64,000 nucleotides of DNA, from NCBI RefSeq assembly GCF_964204645.1, contig NC_134027.1, positions 3,814,485-3,878,484 of the forward strand. The letters are read 5' to 3'. Position numbers and translations under genes: made by a program. The notes under the pieces are model-generated. The model did not search any database. It saw only the letters and a program-made list of their open reading frames with translations, and was not told the origin of the DNA. The DNA comes from Tubulanus polymorphus. Lineage: Eukaryota; Animalia; Nemertea. The first letter of the stretch is position 1; each line of letters begins with the position of its first letter. This document shows positions 37,378 to 50,061 of this stretch, piece after piece.

Positions 37378-40101
37378 TCATTGCCGTAAAGCCGCTAATC
37401 TGAAATATAAACATCAGTACACGTATAAAAAAAAGAGCCTGAATTAAGCTCTAAAAAAAACGTCATTCAATGTTTGTTCTAAGGATTTTCGTAATAAAGT
37501 CATCGAGGAAACAGGAGTGCCCAGTGAGTATCTGAGAGAAGACTGATGAACAACAGAATACAATGGTGAACATTTTCGAAGGTAGATGGCAGCCCAGTAA
37601 GTATTCGAAATCCCTTATAAGTAAACGCACCCTAATGAGTCGTGAAAACAAAATGAAGCTATCTTACATGCTTCGAGTAAAATAGACGAGGAGCCAACTG
37701 GATCTTAAAACTTACCTTCTCGAAAGATCGTCTTCTTTCTTTCTAGATACAGAAGCAGCTCCTGCCTCACTTTCCAATGTGGAAGATCCTGGTTGGATAC
37801 CGCTAAGTTGGTCCATAACTTCTAAACCATTTTCGTCAGCAACTTGTTTGATCAATGACTCAACTTGATCTTGAGGAGTGGACAATGTTGTAGCATTGCC
37901 TATTGTGTCTTCAACAGTCTGCAGGAATTGCATATACACACGTATAAGACATTTAGGAACATCATTTCAGTTGTTTCAACAATAGCAGCATGACATATTA
38001 ACTAACTTACAGACACTGTAACATCAAGATCTCCGAATTGTTTTTCAAATTTATCCATAACGGCTTGCACCTGTCCATGAAAACAAAACAGCTTAACAAC
38101 AAATTAAATGAAATCATGTTTTTCAGAACTATGACAGAATGAAAGTTTTTTATTACATCCAGCTCAATGATTCACCTTTTCAAGATCCATAGATTTCAAT
38201 GCTTTATTTAATGATTTTGACACGGATTCTGCATTTTTCATAACCTAAAAATGGAACACGATGATTTCAAAAACCTAATAATAGATTATATCTCTTAACT
38301 ATGGAAAAAAATATCATACAGTTTTCATTGTTTGAGCTGTCTGTACACGAGATACAACTGCATCCACTCTTGCAGCCATACGCAGATAATTCAAACTCTC
38401 GTTCTTTTTGCGTATGGCGTTTTCGGCATAGATTCGGGCGGCCTCCACATTCTTTTCTTGAATAGACTAAAAATAGTACCACGGTACAGTATTATATCCT
38501 CAACCCCAAAAATTAACAATGTGCCGATGAAAAATGAATAACCCTCATCGACCTTTTTGACTTTTCCTTGTTGGACCTTTTGTTCCTTTTCACATTTTCT
38601 TGAAAATTTCTCTAGCTGTTTAACAGCAAACTAAAATTTTGAGAAATGAATTGAGTTAGATTTAATCAACTGCATCGTTTCGCCTCAATAAAGTAGCAAT
38701 AATCTATAGTCTTTAATGAAATTAAACTAACCTTCATATTGAAGAGTGATTCTGGAATAGAATAAGAAATATTATTATGGAATAGTATAAAAATATGGGG
38801 TCTGTAGTGTTCAATTGTTTGTTAATGTTGTTAGCTATTCAAAGTTGCATGTTTTTGATGGTAAGTATCTATTGCAGCTGGGTGCCTACACAGTCACAAC
38901 TGACCAATTTATTGGGTCATTCGAATGTCTCTACAGAGTGATGAGAGTAACCGTACTGTAACTGTCATATTTAATTTAATACAAGGGTTAGGCGCAGCAA
39001 GTGTGAAGTGACAGTCTGCTGTGGTGTGTGTTCAGGTAGTTAGTTACCTAATCGTTTGGTGGAAAGCTTTTTATAATCGGATGGGCTTATACCAACAAAT
39101 ATGTGGTTTGTGAAAATATCCGATCGTGAAACTAAACCACAGACAGGTTACAGTAACAGCACAGGGGTTTGGCGATGGGCTTGGATTTTATTTCCGGGTT
39201 GTTGATAATCTCGCGAGAATGGCGCTAAATATGAACTGCGAATAAATTCAAAATATCACGGAAATACCTTGTGTTTATATTGTTTATTTATCCGCTATAA
39301 AGTTCTGATAAACAATTGGTCGTTAAGGATCATTATCAGACGGTCGTCACGCTTTACTATATAAAATCACAAGGGATGAAACGCAGTTCAAGTCGTGCCA
39401 GCCAGAAAGTTGGGACAGTCACGTGACTTAACGCTTCTTATTTGACTGAACGCGAACCTGAAGCATATAAGATGGAAACTATGATACGAAAAATGTTTGA
39501 GAATAACTTACATTCAAATGCATTTTTTTACTATGAATTATATATTTCATCATAATTTATTCTTTATAAGTTATTTATTTCATATGAATCATAATCTGAC
39601 AATTGATATCGGTCTGTGAATATGTTAACTTTAGTTAGTTAGTTTTAGTTAGTTTTAAATCCGATGACGTCATCAGAATGTCACGTGACTGTCCCAACTT
39701 TCTGGCTGAAAATTTAAGTACAGCGGAGGCCTGGCGTTTCATCCCTTGTGATTTTATATAGTAAAGCGTGACGACCGTCTGATAATGATTCTTAACAACC
39801 AATTGTTTATCAAAACTTTATAGCGGATAAATAAACAATATAAACACAAGGTATTTCCGTGATATTTTGAATTTATTCGCAGTTCATATTTAGCGCCATT
39901 CTCGCGAGATTATCAACAACCCGGAAATAAATTCCAAGCCCATCGCCAAACCCCTGTGAGTAACAGTACTGATTTGACAGTTGCAGTGTCAGTGACAAAC
40001 AGACTTACTCCACCAGCAGAAACCTGCTGGGCTGCCTGACAAGGGTATACTAAGCCGATCTATGATTACTTGAATAAGTGATAAAGTGAAATACCGTCCA
40101 T
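37378..40101 (-). CDS. CHMP1A: Charged multivesicular body protein 1a (ESCRT-III)
   Basis: Eight exons starting at the ATGGACG microexon (40095-40101): [24 protein letters not shown]..[28 protein letters not shown]..[17 protein letters not shown]-..[38 protein letters not shown] (MIM1 motif). Confidence 0.93.
39037..39151. repeat. Dispersed ~115-bp repeat (inverted copy of 14389-14502)
   Basis: Direct sequence comparison with 14389-14502. Confidence 0.8.
39160..39958. mobile_element. Foldback-type non-autonomous element, P-superfamily-like, in CHMP1A intron 1
   Basis: About 224-bp near-perfect TIRs starting CACAGGGG, plus an inner ~28-bp inverted repeat (~39400-39427 / ~39680-39707). Exact 8-bp TSD AGTAACAG (39152-39159 / 39959-39966). 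Confidence 0.92.
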
Positions 40102-40315
40102 TGTTGTATTTATCAGCCCTGGCTGTACGCTACATAGGTTGCAATAATTTACAGTTTATCCTGAATCGAGTTATTTTAAGTTGCGCAACGACCTTGAGTT
40201 CGGATACCACCGATAAGTAGCGGGCACCGCTGCCTAGAGCAGAACCATCAGCCTGTGTGTAACTAGGTTCGAATCCCGCATTTCAACAATATAGCTTAAT
40301 TTCAATTGAATTGCT
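40102..40315. promoter_or_regulatory. Probable bidirectional promoter for CHMP1A and METTL17
   Basis: Only 214 bp separate the two divergent start codons. Confidence 0.7.
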
Positions 40316-42926
40316 ATGGCGTTCTGCAAGTACCAGAATATTACAAGAAAATTGCTTATTTTCCAAAATAATACTGAACTAACATGCTGTAGAAGGGTAT
40401 TTTATATTTTCATAAATGCAAATTTTACTTAAGACCTTGGTATGGCCTATAGTTTGGTAAATGTGAATATCAAATGAAAAAAGGACTTATTAATTTAGTT
40501 TTGTAGTCTGTGTTAACGCTGAGACAAACGATAAATGTTACATCTACCCCCAAATTCTGATGATGTTGATGCAAAACATGAAAAGATACAATTTTTCACT
40601 CTTTCCAGATTATTTCCACAATCTCAAAAGCTGGAAGCTTGCAATTAGACCCATTTGTAGCGGAGGGTAAACCTATAACAAAATATGGAAACCATCCCGG
40701 AATCATGAATATGAAGAGAACGCCTATTCCTGTCAGACTTCAAAATGCTATAAATACTATTTTGAGACGAGAAGGTATATAATTCTATATTCCCTCCTCA
40801 GTTGTTGGAAGGATTGTCAACTCTTGGTAGTCTACCAAATTTTTTGGGACTAATAATGTACTTTAGAACGAAGGCAGGGTTGGAAATTGAACTAATTTTT
40901 CTTGACAAACTGAATTTTTATAATCAGAAATTCAAAATTTTGGCAGGAAACCAAGGGTTTTGAATGATTGAGGGATGATTGGCTGTAGGCCTTAAATAAC
41001 GAATAAGATATTGAAAGCACCATCCATGCCTCTTGTTGCCAGTACATTACATGTATGAACATATTTTTACAACATAGATTATCATATTCCTAAACTGAAG
41101 GAAAATTCTGAAACATTGATGAACTTTCTACACGCTCGACAACCGCCTACTGAGACCGAAGAAATACAGAAGCGGGCAAGAGAAATTGAATCGCAGCTTT
41201 CTACAAGTATGAGAATTTCACGGCTACGTGGTTCAATGACGTAGCATATCTTTTGAGAAGCGCCTTTGCCAAGTTTCTGATTATGTGTTTGTTCATTTTC
41301 AGAAAATCTAATCGATGCTGAAGGTGATGATAAAGCTTTGAGGTTAGAAATGAATCGTAGGCGATCAATTGTGCAACGTAAACTTCGTAGACAGATGTAT
41401 CACTGGCAACCGGTAGAGTACGTACATTATTGGTTATTTACATAATCATGATTAAGCACAACTAGATCTTTTCTTAGGGAATTGTTTTAGGGGTCAAGAC
41501 GAGGTATCATTTTTGGTCGGGCAGTTATCATCAAAACCTACATATATGACACTCGTCCTCTTGGAAATTGCATTGTTTTCACAATTGCTATAATAATGAC
41601 TTTTTGAACGCTCTGCCTTTCAATTTTCCTAGGTCCATCCACCTTCATACAACTTATATCGATTATGTTTTAGATTCGATGCAGCCAAAGCAATTACATA
41701 CATGGTCACTCGAATGATTCCTGAGTATTGTATTCTGTATAGAATATTTTCTGAGGTAGGAGCGTTATATATTTGATATAGTTTTCTTATAGAAGAATTG
41801 TCATTGATAATTAAAGCAGTATCGTGAATTTTAGATGAAAAAGCGACAATCTGAGTTCAAACCTCACACGTTATTTGATTTCGGGTCTGGTGTTGGTTCG
41901 GTAGCGTGGTATGTATTTATACGAAATAAAATCATTCATATCCATGTTTATAGGAATGTGATTTGAGACTTATTCTAATTACAGGGCGGCTAATGAAGTA
42001 TGGCCTAAACATTTACATGAACACTATTGCGTAGACTCGTCGAGTGATATGAACACATTATTTAGGCTTTTAGTTCAAGGTACGTGCGTCATTAATCTAA
42101 TGAACTGAATGAACAACTATCTGAAAGTAAAAGTTGAAAAATACTTTATTTTTTTAGATGCTGAGGAGAACAAAGAAACCTGGATGAAAGGGTTATTTCA
42201 GAAGCAATTTTTTCCACAATCCCATGAAGTAATTGGCAAACAGTCGCGATGCGTAGGTTAGCTTTCAGTTTCACTCTATAATTATGCAGGCTTTTATACT
42301 TGAACTCTTTTCAGAACAAATACAGTCTGGTAGTCAGTGCGTATTCGCTTTTTGAGCTTCCAAATCGACACGTTAGACGCAGTAGGATCGTAGATTTATG
42401 GCAAAAAACGGAGGAAAATGGATTTTTAGTACGTGTAAAACATGTCGAATATCCAACACAACCAAAGCCAGAATGAACTGAGTTTAGAACGTTTTAACTA
42501 TTGTAGTGTGAACCTTGCTTAATTAAGTGTTAAATTTGCTAAAAAAAAAGTTTTGGTAATTTTTTGTAGGTATTCGTTGAGAATGGAACAAACGCTGGAT
42601 TCAAACTCATTATTGAAGCTAGGCGAATCATACTACAGGTATGCGCCGTTAACGTAATGAGACAATTTCTTTATTCAGATGTAAAACCTCATTCTGTGTA
42701 AATTTTCTTGATAGGAAATGCGCCGTTCGACGCAAGAAAACTCTAGTTCTCATGGACATATCTTCTCTCCGGTGAGTAGCATGTTAACTCTTTAGTTTCA
42801 AGGCAGGTTTCGATTGGATGTATTCAGGTTTAGGACACGGGGGCTCGTATTTGAAGTTTTGGGGTGAACTGTTGCTTAGATCATCCAGTATCCCTGGTAC
42901 TATAAATATAAAAAGAATTTATATAG

Positions 42927-42969
<43 letters not shown>

Positions 42970-42983
42970 TATATATATATATT

Positions 42984-43028
<45 letters not shown>

Positions 43029-44409
43029 TATATGTAAAAATATAATATATAGTACCATGGATACTGGATGATCTAAGCTTCAGTTCACCCCCAAACATCA
43101 AATACGAGCCCCTGTGGTTTAGGAAAAGGGATTCCGGATTACAAACTCTACCGGCTGCTGTTTCTATCAGGTTTACGGATTATGCTATTCCGGAATAAGT
43201 ATAGTGTATTCTGGTCGAAACGAACGCTGCAGAAGAGAATTCCCGAATCGGTAGAAACCAAGCGAAACCTGCCTAAGAATGGTGTATCTTAGGCTAAACA
43301 AAAATGATACCTTGTTTCTCCGCAGCGGCCGGATCATTTTTGTAAAATATGATAAGATTTATAAACAGTTCATTCCTATAACTGCCGGGTCTGTTATGGT
43401 AAAATTGATCACGATTTTAAAAAAAGTAATGTATAGGGTAGATAGGCGGCCGGCCGGGTCAACATTTAAGCTCAGCAGAGCGGAGAAACAAGGTATCAAT
43501 TTTTTTAGCCTTATAGACGATTTCCATTGATTATTTTGTAGTGTCCACATGAAGCATTTACGTGTCCGATGACTAACCAGTTAAAATCACCTTGCAACTT
43601 TGAAATCAAATACGAGCCCCTCGAATATATATCGGTGAGTATAAGTGTCCATTATTGTATGAACATATGCTTGAAATGATTTCGAACTACTAAATCCTGT
43701 TTCCGATTGATTCCAGAACGGAGTTCCGAAAACGGAAAGATTTTCCTACGTAGTATTTCGTAAAGGTCATAGTCAAAGTGAAGGTAATTTAGATTTTCGA
43801 AAATCATAGATGATTTTGTTTCGAATTTTAATGAATTTTAATTGTTTTTCCGATGTTTTTCAGACCTTTCATGGCCTCGTATCATTCGTCCTGTGTCAAA
43901 GCCATCGAAGCACGTCCACTGTCGAATTTGTTCGGCTAACGGAAAATTAGAGCATCATGTACTGTCTGCTAGACTGAATGGAAAGTACGTCTCATTCCTA
44001 TGAATATAAAGCTCATCCGATTCCGGATTAAACATCATATATATACTTCATCTATACTATGTGGACCGTAAAGATCAAAATCATGATTGAACTGGTCTGA
44101 ATTTCAGCAAGTTTGACTTTTGTACAATATTTACCACTTCTTCATTTCAGGGATCTGTATAAATGCGCGCGCAAATCAGATTGGGGAGACTTGTTACCAG
44201 CAACTGATATTCGTCACTCCCAAGAATCGAGCTCTGATCAGTTACAATCAGACGATGTATTTTCTAATGTCAAACACAATGAAGACAGTCCTAAAACTAT
44301 AGTTTCTACAACTTCAAATAACGCTGTAACCGATGTGACATCTAACGATCAAGACATTAACTGTGATGATGTGATTATCAATGATTTATATCCAGATTTG
44401 AATTCGTGA
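40316..44409 (+). CDS. METTL17: Mitochondrial ribosome assembly factor METTL17 (Rsm22 family), multi-exon
   Basis: Spliced motifs: LFDFGSGVGSVAWAA, CVDSSSDM, YSLVVSAYSLFELP, FLVFVENGTNAGF, GHIFSPCPH..CP..PCNF, ERFSYVVFRKG, WPRIIRPV..HVHCRIC, LYKCARKSDWGDLLP. The ATG at 40316 is inferred. Confidence 0.92.
42836..43116. mobile_element. P-superfamily-like MITE with a (TA)n core, in a METTL17 intron
   Basis: About 68-bp TIRs starting CAC(G/A)GGGGCTCGTATTTGA. Exact 8-bp TSD GTTTAGGA (42828-42835 / 43117-43124). Confidence 0.9.
42927..43023. repeat. Interrupted (TA)n microsatellite
   Basis: Visible dinucleotide run inside the MITE. Confidence 0.95.
43292..43510 (+). mobile_element. H1 MITE copy in a METTL17 intron
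   Basis: Same TIRs as 11601. TSD TTA (43289-43291 / 43511-43513). Confidence 0.92.
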
Positions 44410-44606
44410 TTAAATTCTGGCCATTTTTAATTTCATTTTTTGTCGATATGTTTCGAGGAGTCTGGTCGAAGGTCAATACGTAGGATCTTACTGGCGTTTC
44501 CCAGGGGATACGCAACAACAACGATTAGATATTGATGTATTTCAATATATATATATATTTAGTATCACAGATCATCATGAAAGCAAAAGCAGCACTACAC
44601 AGAACA

Positions 44607-44748
44607 TAGTGGAACCTCGTTAAAACGACCTCGAATATAAAGACCTATTCTCAACCGGTTATTTCCTATTGGATATAAATAACGAACTATCGGTTATAAC
44701 AAACACATTTCCCGGTCTCCGAAGGTTCGTTGAAACGAGGTTCCACCG
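44607..44748. mobile_element. Tigger/pogo-like MITE remnant
   Basis: Imperfect TIRs (TA)GTGGAACCTCGTTAAAACGA / TCGTTGAAACGAGGTTCCAC(CG). Confidence 0.65.
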
Positions 44749-44777
44749 TCAAAGAGGTGATTAAAATGTCTAGAAAA

Positions 44778-44997
44778 GGCTAAACAAAAATGATACCTTG
44801 TTTCTCCGCAGCGGCCGGGTCATTTTTGTAAAATATGATAAAATTTATAAACAGTTCATTTCTATAGCGGCCGGGTCTGTTATGGTGAAATTGATCACGA
44901 TTTAAAAAAAAGTAATGTATAGGGTAGATAGGCGGCCGGCCGGGTCAACATTTAAGCTCAGCAGAGCGGAGAAACAAGGTATCAATTTTTTTTGGCC
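44778..44997 (+). mobile_element. H1 MITE copy, 5 bp from the CNBD-like stop codon
   Basis: Same TIRs as 11601. TSD AAA (44775-44777 / 44998-45000). Confidence 0.92.
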
Positions 44998-45002
44998 AAA
45001 TG

Positions 45003-48000
45003 TCAGGTAACTGAGGTCTGCTTAAATGCTCTATGGAACCGTATAATTGAACGAGCGTCGTCAGTATCGCAATGCTTCAGTCCCTGGTTGTATCTGATGT
45101 TTTCGTGTTGCTGTACCTTGAACTCGTCCCAGGATACTTTAGTCTGTAACTCGTTTTCGTACTCTGATCGCTTCTTGAACGGCACGATTATCTGTAAGCA
45201 AGATCGGGTAGAATATTCATGAGCACAGCAGCTTTAAATTAGTCTCCTCGATATACGTACAGCATCCCTCCAGTTATACCCATACATGAATGTTTGATGT
45301 TTAATGAAGATAGATTTCATTTCATGACTGGGGTTTCATGAATGTTTTCATAGGCCAAATTGAATGCTTGCTAAGCTGGAATCGAAATTTATTATGAACA
45401 TAGAAAACGTAAGATTAAACTTAAACCCATTTATCGAAATTCGTCTTCGAGATATTATGCGTGAATTCTAAATCGATTATCTTGAGGTATCGATATCAGA
45501 ATGATAACTTACGCATTCTTTTAGAAGTGAAATTAGAACTGAACAAGCGTGTTCCAAATAGAATGTCTTCTTGATCATTATGCACATCGCACCTCTGCTG
45601 ACTAGTGCCGTATTGGGCTGATCATCAAACAAATCATGTGCCAGGCCCTAAATATAGAAACGAATATTCGGAAGGCGTACGAGACGTCTGTAATACTAAT
45701 TCTAACAAACCGCGTTCTCTCTTCCCCTATATGTGTAGCTAGATAAATACATGTGCGTATATGATAACAGCGAACTTTATGAATATTTTGTTTCCACAGA
45801 TTCAAATTACCAATACAATATACTACAACTATAACTATAGTACCGTCAGTACAAATAGAGGAATAATGATACATACGTAAACGTCTCCTTTATCCAACGT
45901 CTTAATGCAAATGAAAGCAGGATTTTCTAGGCTGGATTGTGTTTTAACGTAGCCCTAGAAGGCGATAAATCATTCAGTTAATGTGAATATATTTGAGAGA
46001 TGTTTCTATTCGATAAAGTAAGCGAAGAGACGTCGATGTCTCGTACAGAATATTGGTTTATGCGGCGTGTGGTCACAAATCTCGGTAATACTAACCGTTT
46101 TGAAGAATTCCATGTTCATATCGGTCGTTAAGGTGCGGTGACCTTCGATAGTGCCATCATCGTGAATGACTATTTTGTTCGCTGGAATAGAAGAAACACA
46201 ATTGCTCTGCAAAACTACGAAACTTACGACGAGAAGAGTATACGTGCTATTCGCGGGGTTCACGATCTGTCCATTTGGTTTTGTGATGAAGTCTGACGAA
46301 CGATAAAAGATCACCCCGGGGATCGCCTCGTGTCGTTAGCTCATCACTATCTAGTAACAGCGAATGCTTTACAATGTTAATGGCCATATTTGTAAGAAAC
46401 ATGAAGATAAATGCAATTAGGCGAAGAATATGGCATACGCGAATTATATCCGCGCAGATCAAGTGAACAAGACATGGGGAACAGAGCGAGATGGATTAGC
46501 ATTTAGCGCAACTGCCAAACGTTCATCTTACATGCAGGCCTATACTTACTTATCTCATCATTCATAATATCTTTAGACGCTCCTTTCATGAATGGTCTCG
46601 GCGTCATGGGTTTGGCAGTGTAAAAAGGACCCTGAAAAATTAAACCTTATGATATTCACGGGGTAATCAGATGCACTGACAAACGCCTTGATACTGGAAG
46701 CTTCCTTTCACATAAAAACATCTAAACCAAACTCATAATCCCGACCAATTTACCGATGCGTTTAGATTGACTGGCTTTCCGTCTTTTATTTGTCCTAACA
46801 TCCTTAAGAAAGAGCCCTCTCGGTGTAATGTCATATCGACGCTATGGCGTTGTGTCTCTGGTTTTGTTCTAAGACTCGCCCCGTGGTTCTTTCGTCGTCT
46901 GTACGATGAACGACATTCTACATTCAAGTCTGGTAACATTAAGTGATAGCTCGTGTTGCACGTTTTTAGATGTAGAAGTCTGTCCAGGTAAGCTTTGTGC
47001 TGACTGGTGGTCAGTTCTTTCTCGACCGTACAACTCTTCTTTCGTTTTTTTGCTAGACAGAAGATGTGCATAAGAAAAAAATGAATCTTCGTGGAAAAAT
47101 ACGCTTTCTGACTGAATACATACGATATTAACAATGATTAAATTACCTTTGATCTTACTTTTCTTGTAATTTACGACAGGGGCTTCCATTTGCATAATGA
47201 TATCGACTGAGCCCTTGGAAAAAGAAAAACAGTTTATAATATCCCTTTTGTAGATAGAGATGTTTATTTCGTCTTTACGAAGAACAGCAAAATTCTATTA
47301 CGGATTTGACTATGTATATCCATTCGCAGGTCCGACTGTCGGGCACCATTACTGCTCCGCTTCTGAAAGTAAGAATTTACGGGAGAACGTTGATCGGGTA
47401 CATTCATGTCGACGACTATGAGCCTTAGAGCCTGAAGGGAGCTGTAGTTAACATGTATCGTTTCGACTTTCAGCAAAAACACAAAAGGTTCATTTTGCAA
47501 GGTTGTACACCTACTTGAAATACGATGCCATGACTTTCCGTGGATTGTTTTCAAGTTTCTCCAGGGGCCACTGCGCAAACATTGATATTTCACTGCAATT
47601 TAATGTATTGAAGATAAATGATATGCGTATTTCTCACCATCTCCATTAAACATTGAACATAATAGCAGCGAAACCTACTTTAGAAATTTAACGTCACTTG
47701 AACCAAATCCACCACCCATGAATATATCAATGTAGTCCTACAAAACAAAAATCGATGATTAATTCAGCGTGATTCTTCTTTAATCACTTCATCACGAGCA
47801 CTGCAGAAGTTAGAAAAAATTCATCTGCAATTATAAAACAAATTCATCTGCGATTATGACGTCAATGCGCCGGAAAACTAATGCGTTACGACCCCTATTA
47901 GACGAATAGATCACGTTGAATCTTGGGTGAATATCAATTCAGAATTAATTCAACTCGATAAAAATATATATCATTATGCAACAATCAGAATTCTTCGCAT

Positions 48001-50061
48001 TAAAACCGCCAAGAACCTTTTTTCAAAATCCGCCGAACTGCAAACATTAAGAGACGTGAGTTGATTTGAGGCGTTGTCTCGGGATATTGCTTACCAAGCT
48101 GTCTAAACACAGCAATTCGATCGTTTCTCTGGAAATAACGCTGGAAAACCGCAGGGTTTGGTTCATGATACTAAGTTCACCGAACCCTTGTCCCTTGCTT
48201 AACATGCAGACAGCTTTGGAGTTTTGTCTCGTTTCGTCAACAACGGCTACGATTGCTACGAGTAAAGTTGAGAAAAAAACTTCAAACTGAATTTTCCTCT
48301 TTTAGAAGCTACCGCGTTGTTGTATTAGAAACATTAACTGATTAACCTAATTATGTTTTATGTAGTGGAATAAAAGTTTGAGTAGATAAATATTCATTAA
48401 ATACATGTATTAATATTTCAATTAGATCGTCTAAGGGACTTTTCATACTAACCAGATCCAGCTAGTATTATATAGTAGTAAAATGGCCGATCTCCTTCCC
48501 GTATGATAACCCTTTTTCTGCCATACCTATCATAACGACAATTGCAGACTTTACTTTCAAACTTTATTTTAAAACATAAGTCAAGAGTATCTCACACCAT
48601 CATACATACTTACTTTTCATACCAGCATCTTTTCGCTACTTCTAACTGAAATTCGGCCGGGTAATTTTCCATATTTTTCAATTTCCGGATGAACACGCGA
48701 ATCTGTATAAGAAAATTTCTTTCCAGCAATGAATGATGATTGAATTATATACGTATATTTTTTCAAAATTAGAAAAGTCTCGCCTTTTACTGCGTACCAG
48801 ATGAATATCCTCCTCAGTGCGGTGTTCGGGTAGTTTTCGGAACGCGTGTCGCAATTCTTTGGTCATTTCCGTCTGAAAAATTGCGCCCGTTTGTTAGCAG
48901 GGCCTCTAGTGCCTAGGGATATTCGCTCTTAACAAGGAAAACGTTTGCATGCAATCTCGCAACATGTTTGTTCTGAGAACATTCACACAAACGATCATCA
49001 ACAAGTCGTGACGTTTTTTACTCAAAGCCATATCCCCCGGGTTTATGCTATATAGATATCATTAGATGGATAGTTACCCCTCTTTTCCAAATCCGTAAAC
49101 CTCTTAACATGTCAACTGCATCTTTCTCCGTAGGCTCATTTTCATCGTCCGTATTAATATCGACATCATTAACCAGTAGATCCAGTGAATTGAAATGTTG
49201 TAGGACGTCCTTGACTCTGGAACACACAATGAGCAGGACGTGTGGGTTTTTACCGTAAGTAAATGAACTCATATTTCGTGGTAAAATCGAGATAAAGATG
49301 AATATGATTGCGTGGAAGTTGGTGTTATTCTTTAATAACCGGGACAGGGAGATTGATACTGACCGCTGGGAATGATACTTATATAAACGCATAAAAACCA
49401 TTGCCATCCGAGTCAAGCGACGCCATCTTCTCATCAAAACGTTCTGATTAAAAAGATATAATATGCATATATGTTCTATGATTATGACTGCTGTACTATC
49501 AATCTGCTACAAAAAAAAATTGTTTACTAGGATAATGTATTTATTGTCTGATTTTTTTGTTTACGAAAAGAGATTGAAATCCACAGAGCGCAATAACTGG
49601 ACCAAAGTGCTTCTCACGAGGGCTTCCGCACAAAATTACTTCTTATCATGACTCACCACTCGTTCCTTCGGAATTCTTTTCGGCTCTTCTGTTTCTGCGA
49701 TATCTATCGGCTTCAGGCTTTTCAATTTGCTTTTGCGTTTTCGCTGTTGTCCGAACCCGAGCAACACTCGTGATGTCCGTCGATGTTCGGTATTGATTAC
49801 ATCCAGTGCCCTGTTCCAAGTAAGGCGCCGTTTACCCTTGTATGCACTTTTTACCGACCCATCGTCCGATAGTTTACGGTCTGATGTTCGAGAATCTCTG
49901 CGGTCGCCCAAGTTTTCTTTAATTCTTTGAAAGCTATCCGACAATCTATGAAGCACACGTTTACTTATTCTTTTTTGAAAGTTGCCGGGTTCAGCAACTG
50001 ATGTCTTTGGTGAGATATCCATTTTCAACGTACGTTTGTGAGGATAAAATGTCAATTTCAT
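45003..50061 (-). CDS. Cyclic nucleotide-binding domain protein, CNBD2-like, multi-exon
   Basis: Domain 1 exons: YGRKRVIIREGDRPFYYYIILAGS and MLSKGQGFGELSIMNQTLRFSSVISRETIELLCL. Domain 2 exons: MFAQWPLEKL, SGAVMVPDSRTCEWIYIVKSGSVDI and FICIKTLDKGDVY. C-terminus ..LQTKVSWDEFK..SVT*. The start is either 50061 or the downstream Met, and some internal exons are uncertain. Confidence 0.75.

Noticed and set aside
40200-40290. tRNA gene suggested by GGTTCGAATCC
   Set aside because: T-stem and acceptor stem do not pair, and no D arm or anticodon arm is recognisable.
42818-43101. IYIY-repeat ORFs
   Set aside because: Translation of the (TA)n microsatellite.
43279-43550. ORFs 43279-43530(+) and 43359-43550(-)
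   Set aside because: Chance frames across a 219-bp MITE inside a METTL17 intron, with no transposase motifs.
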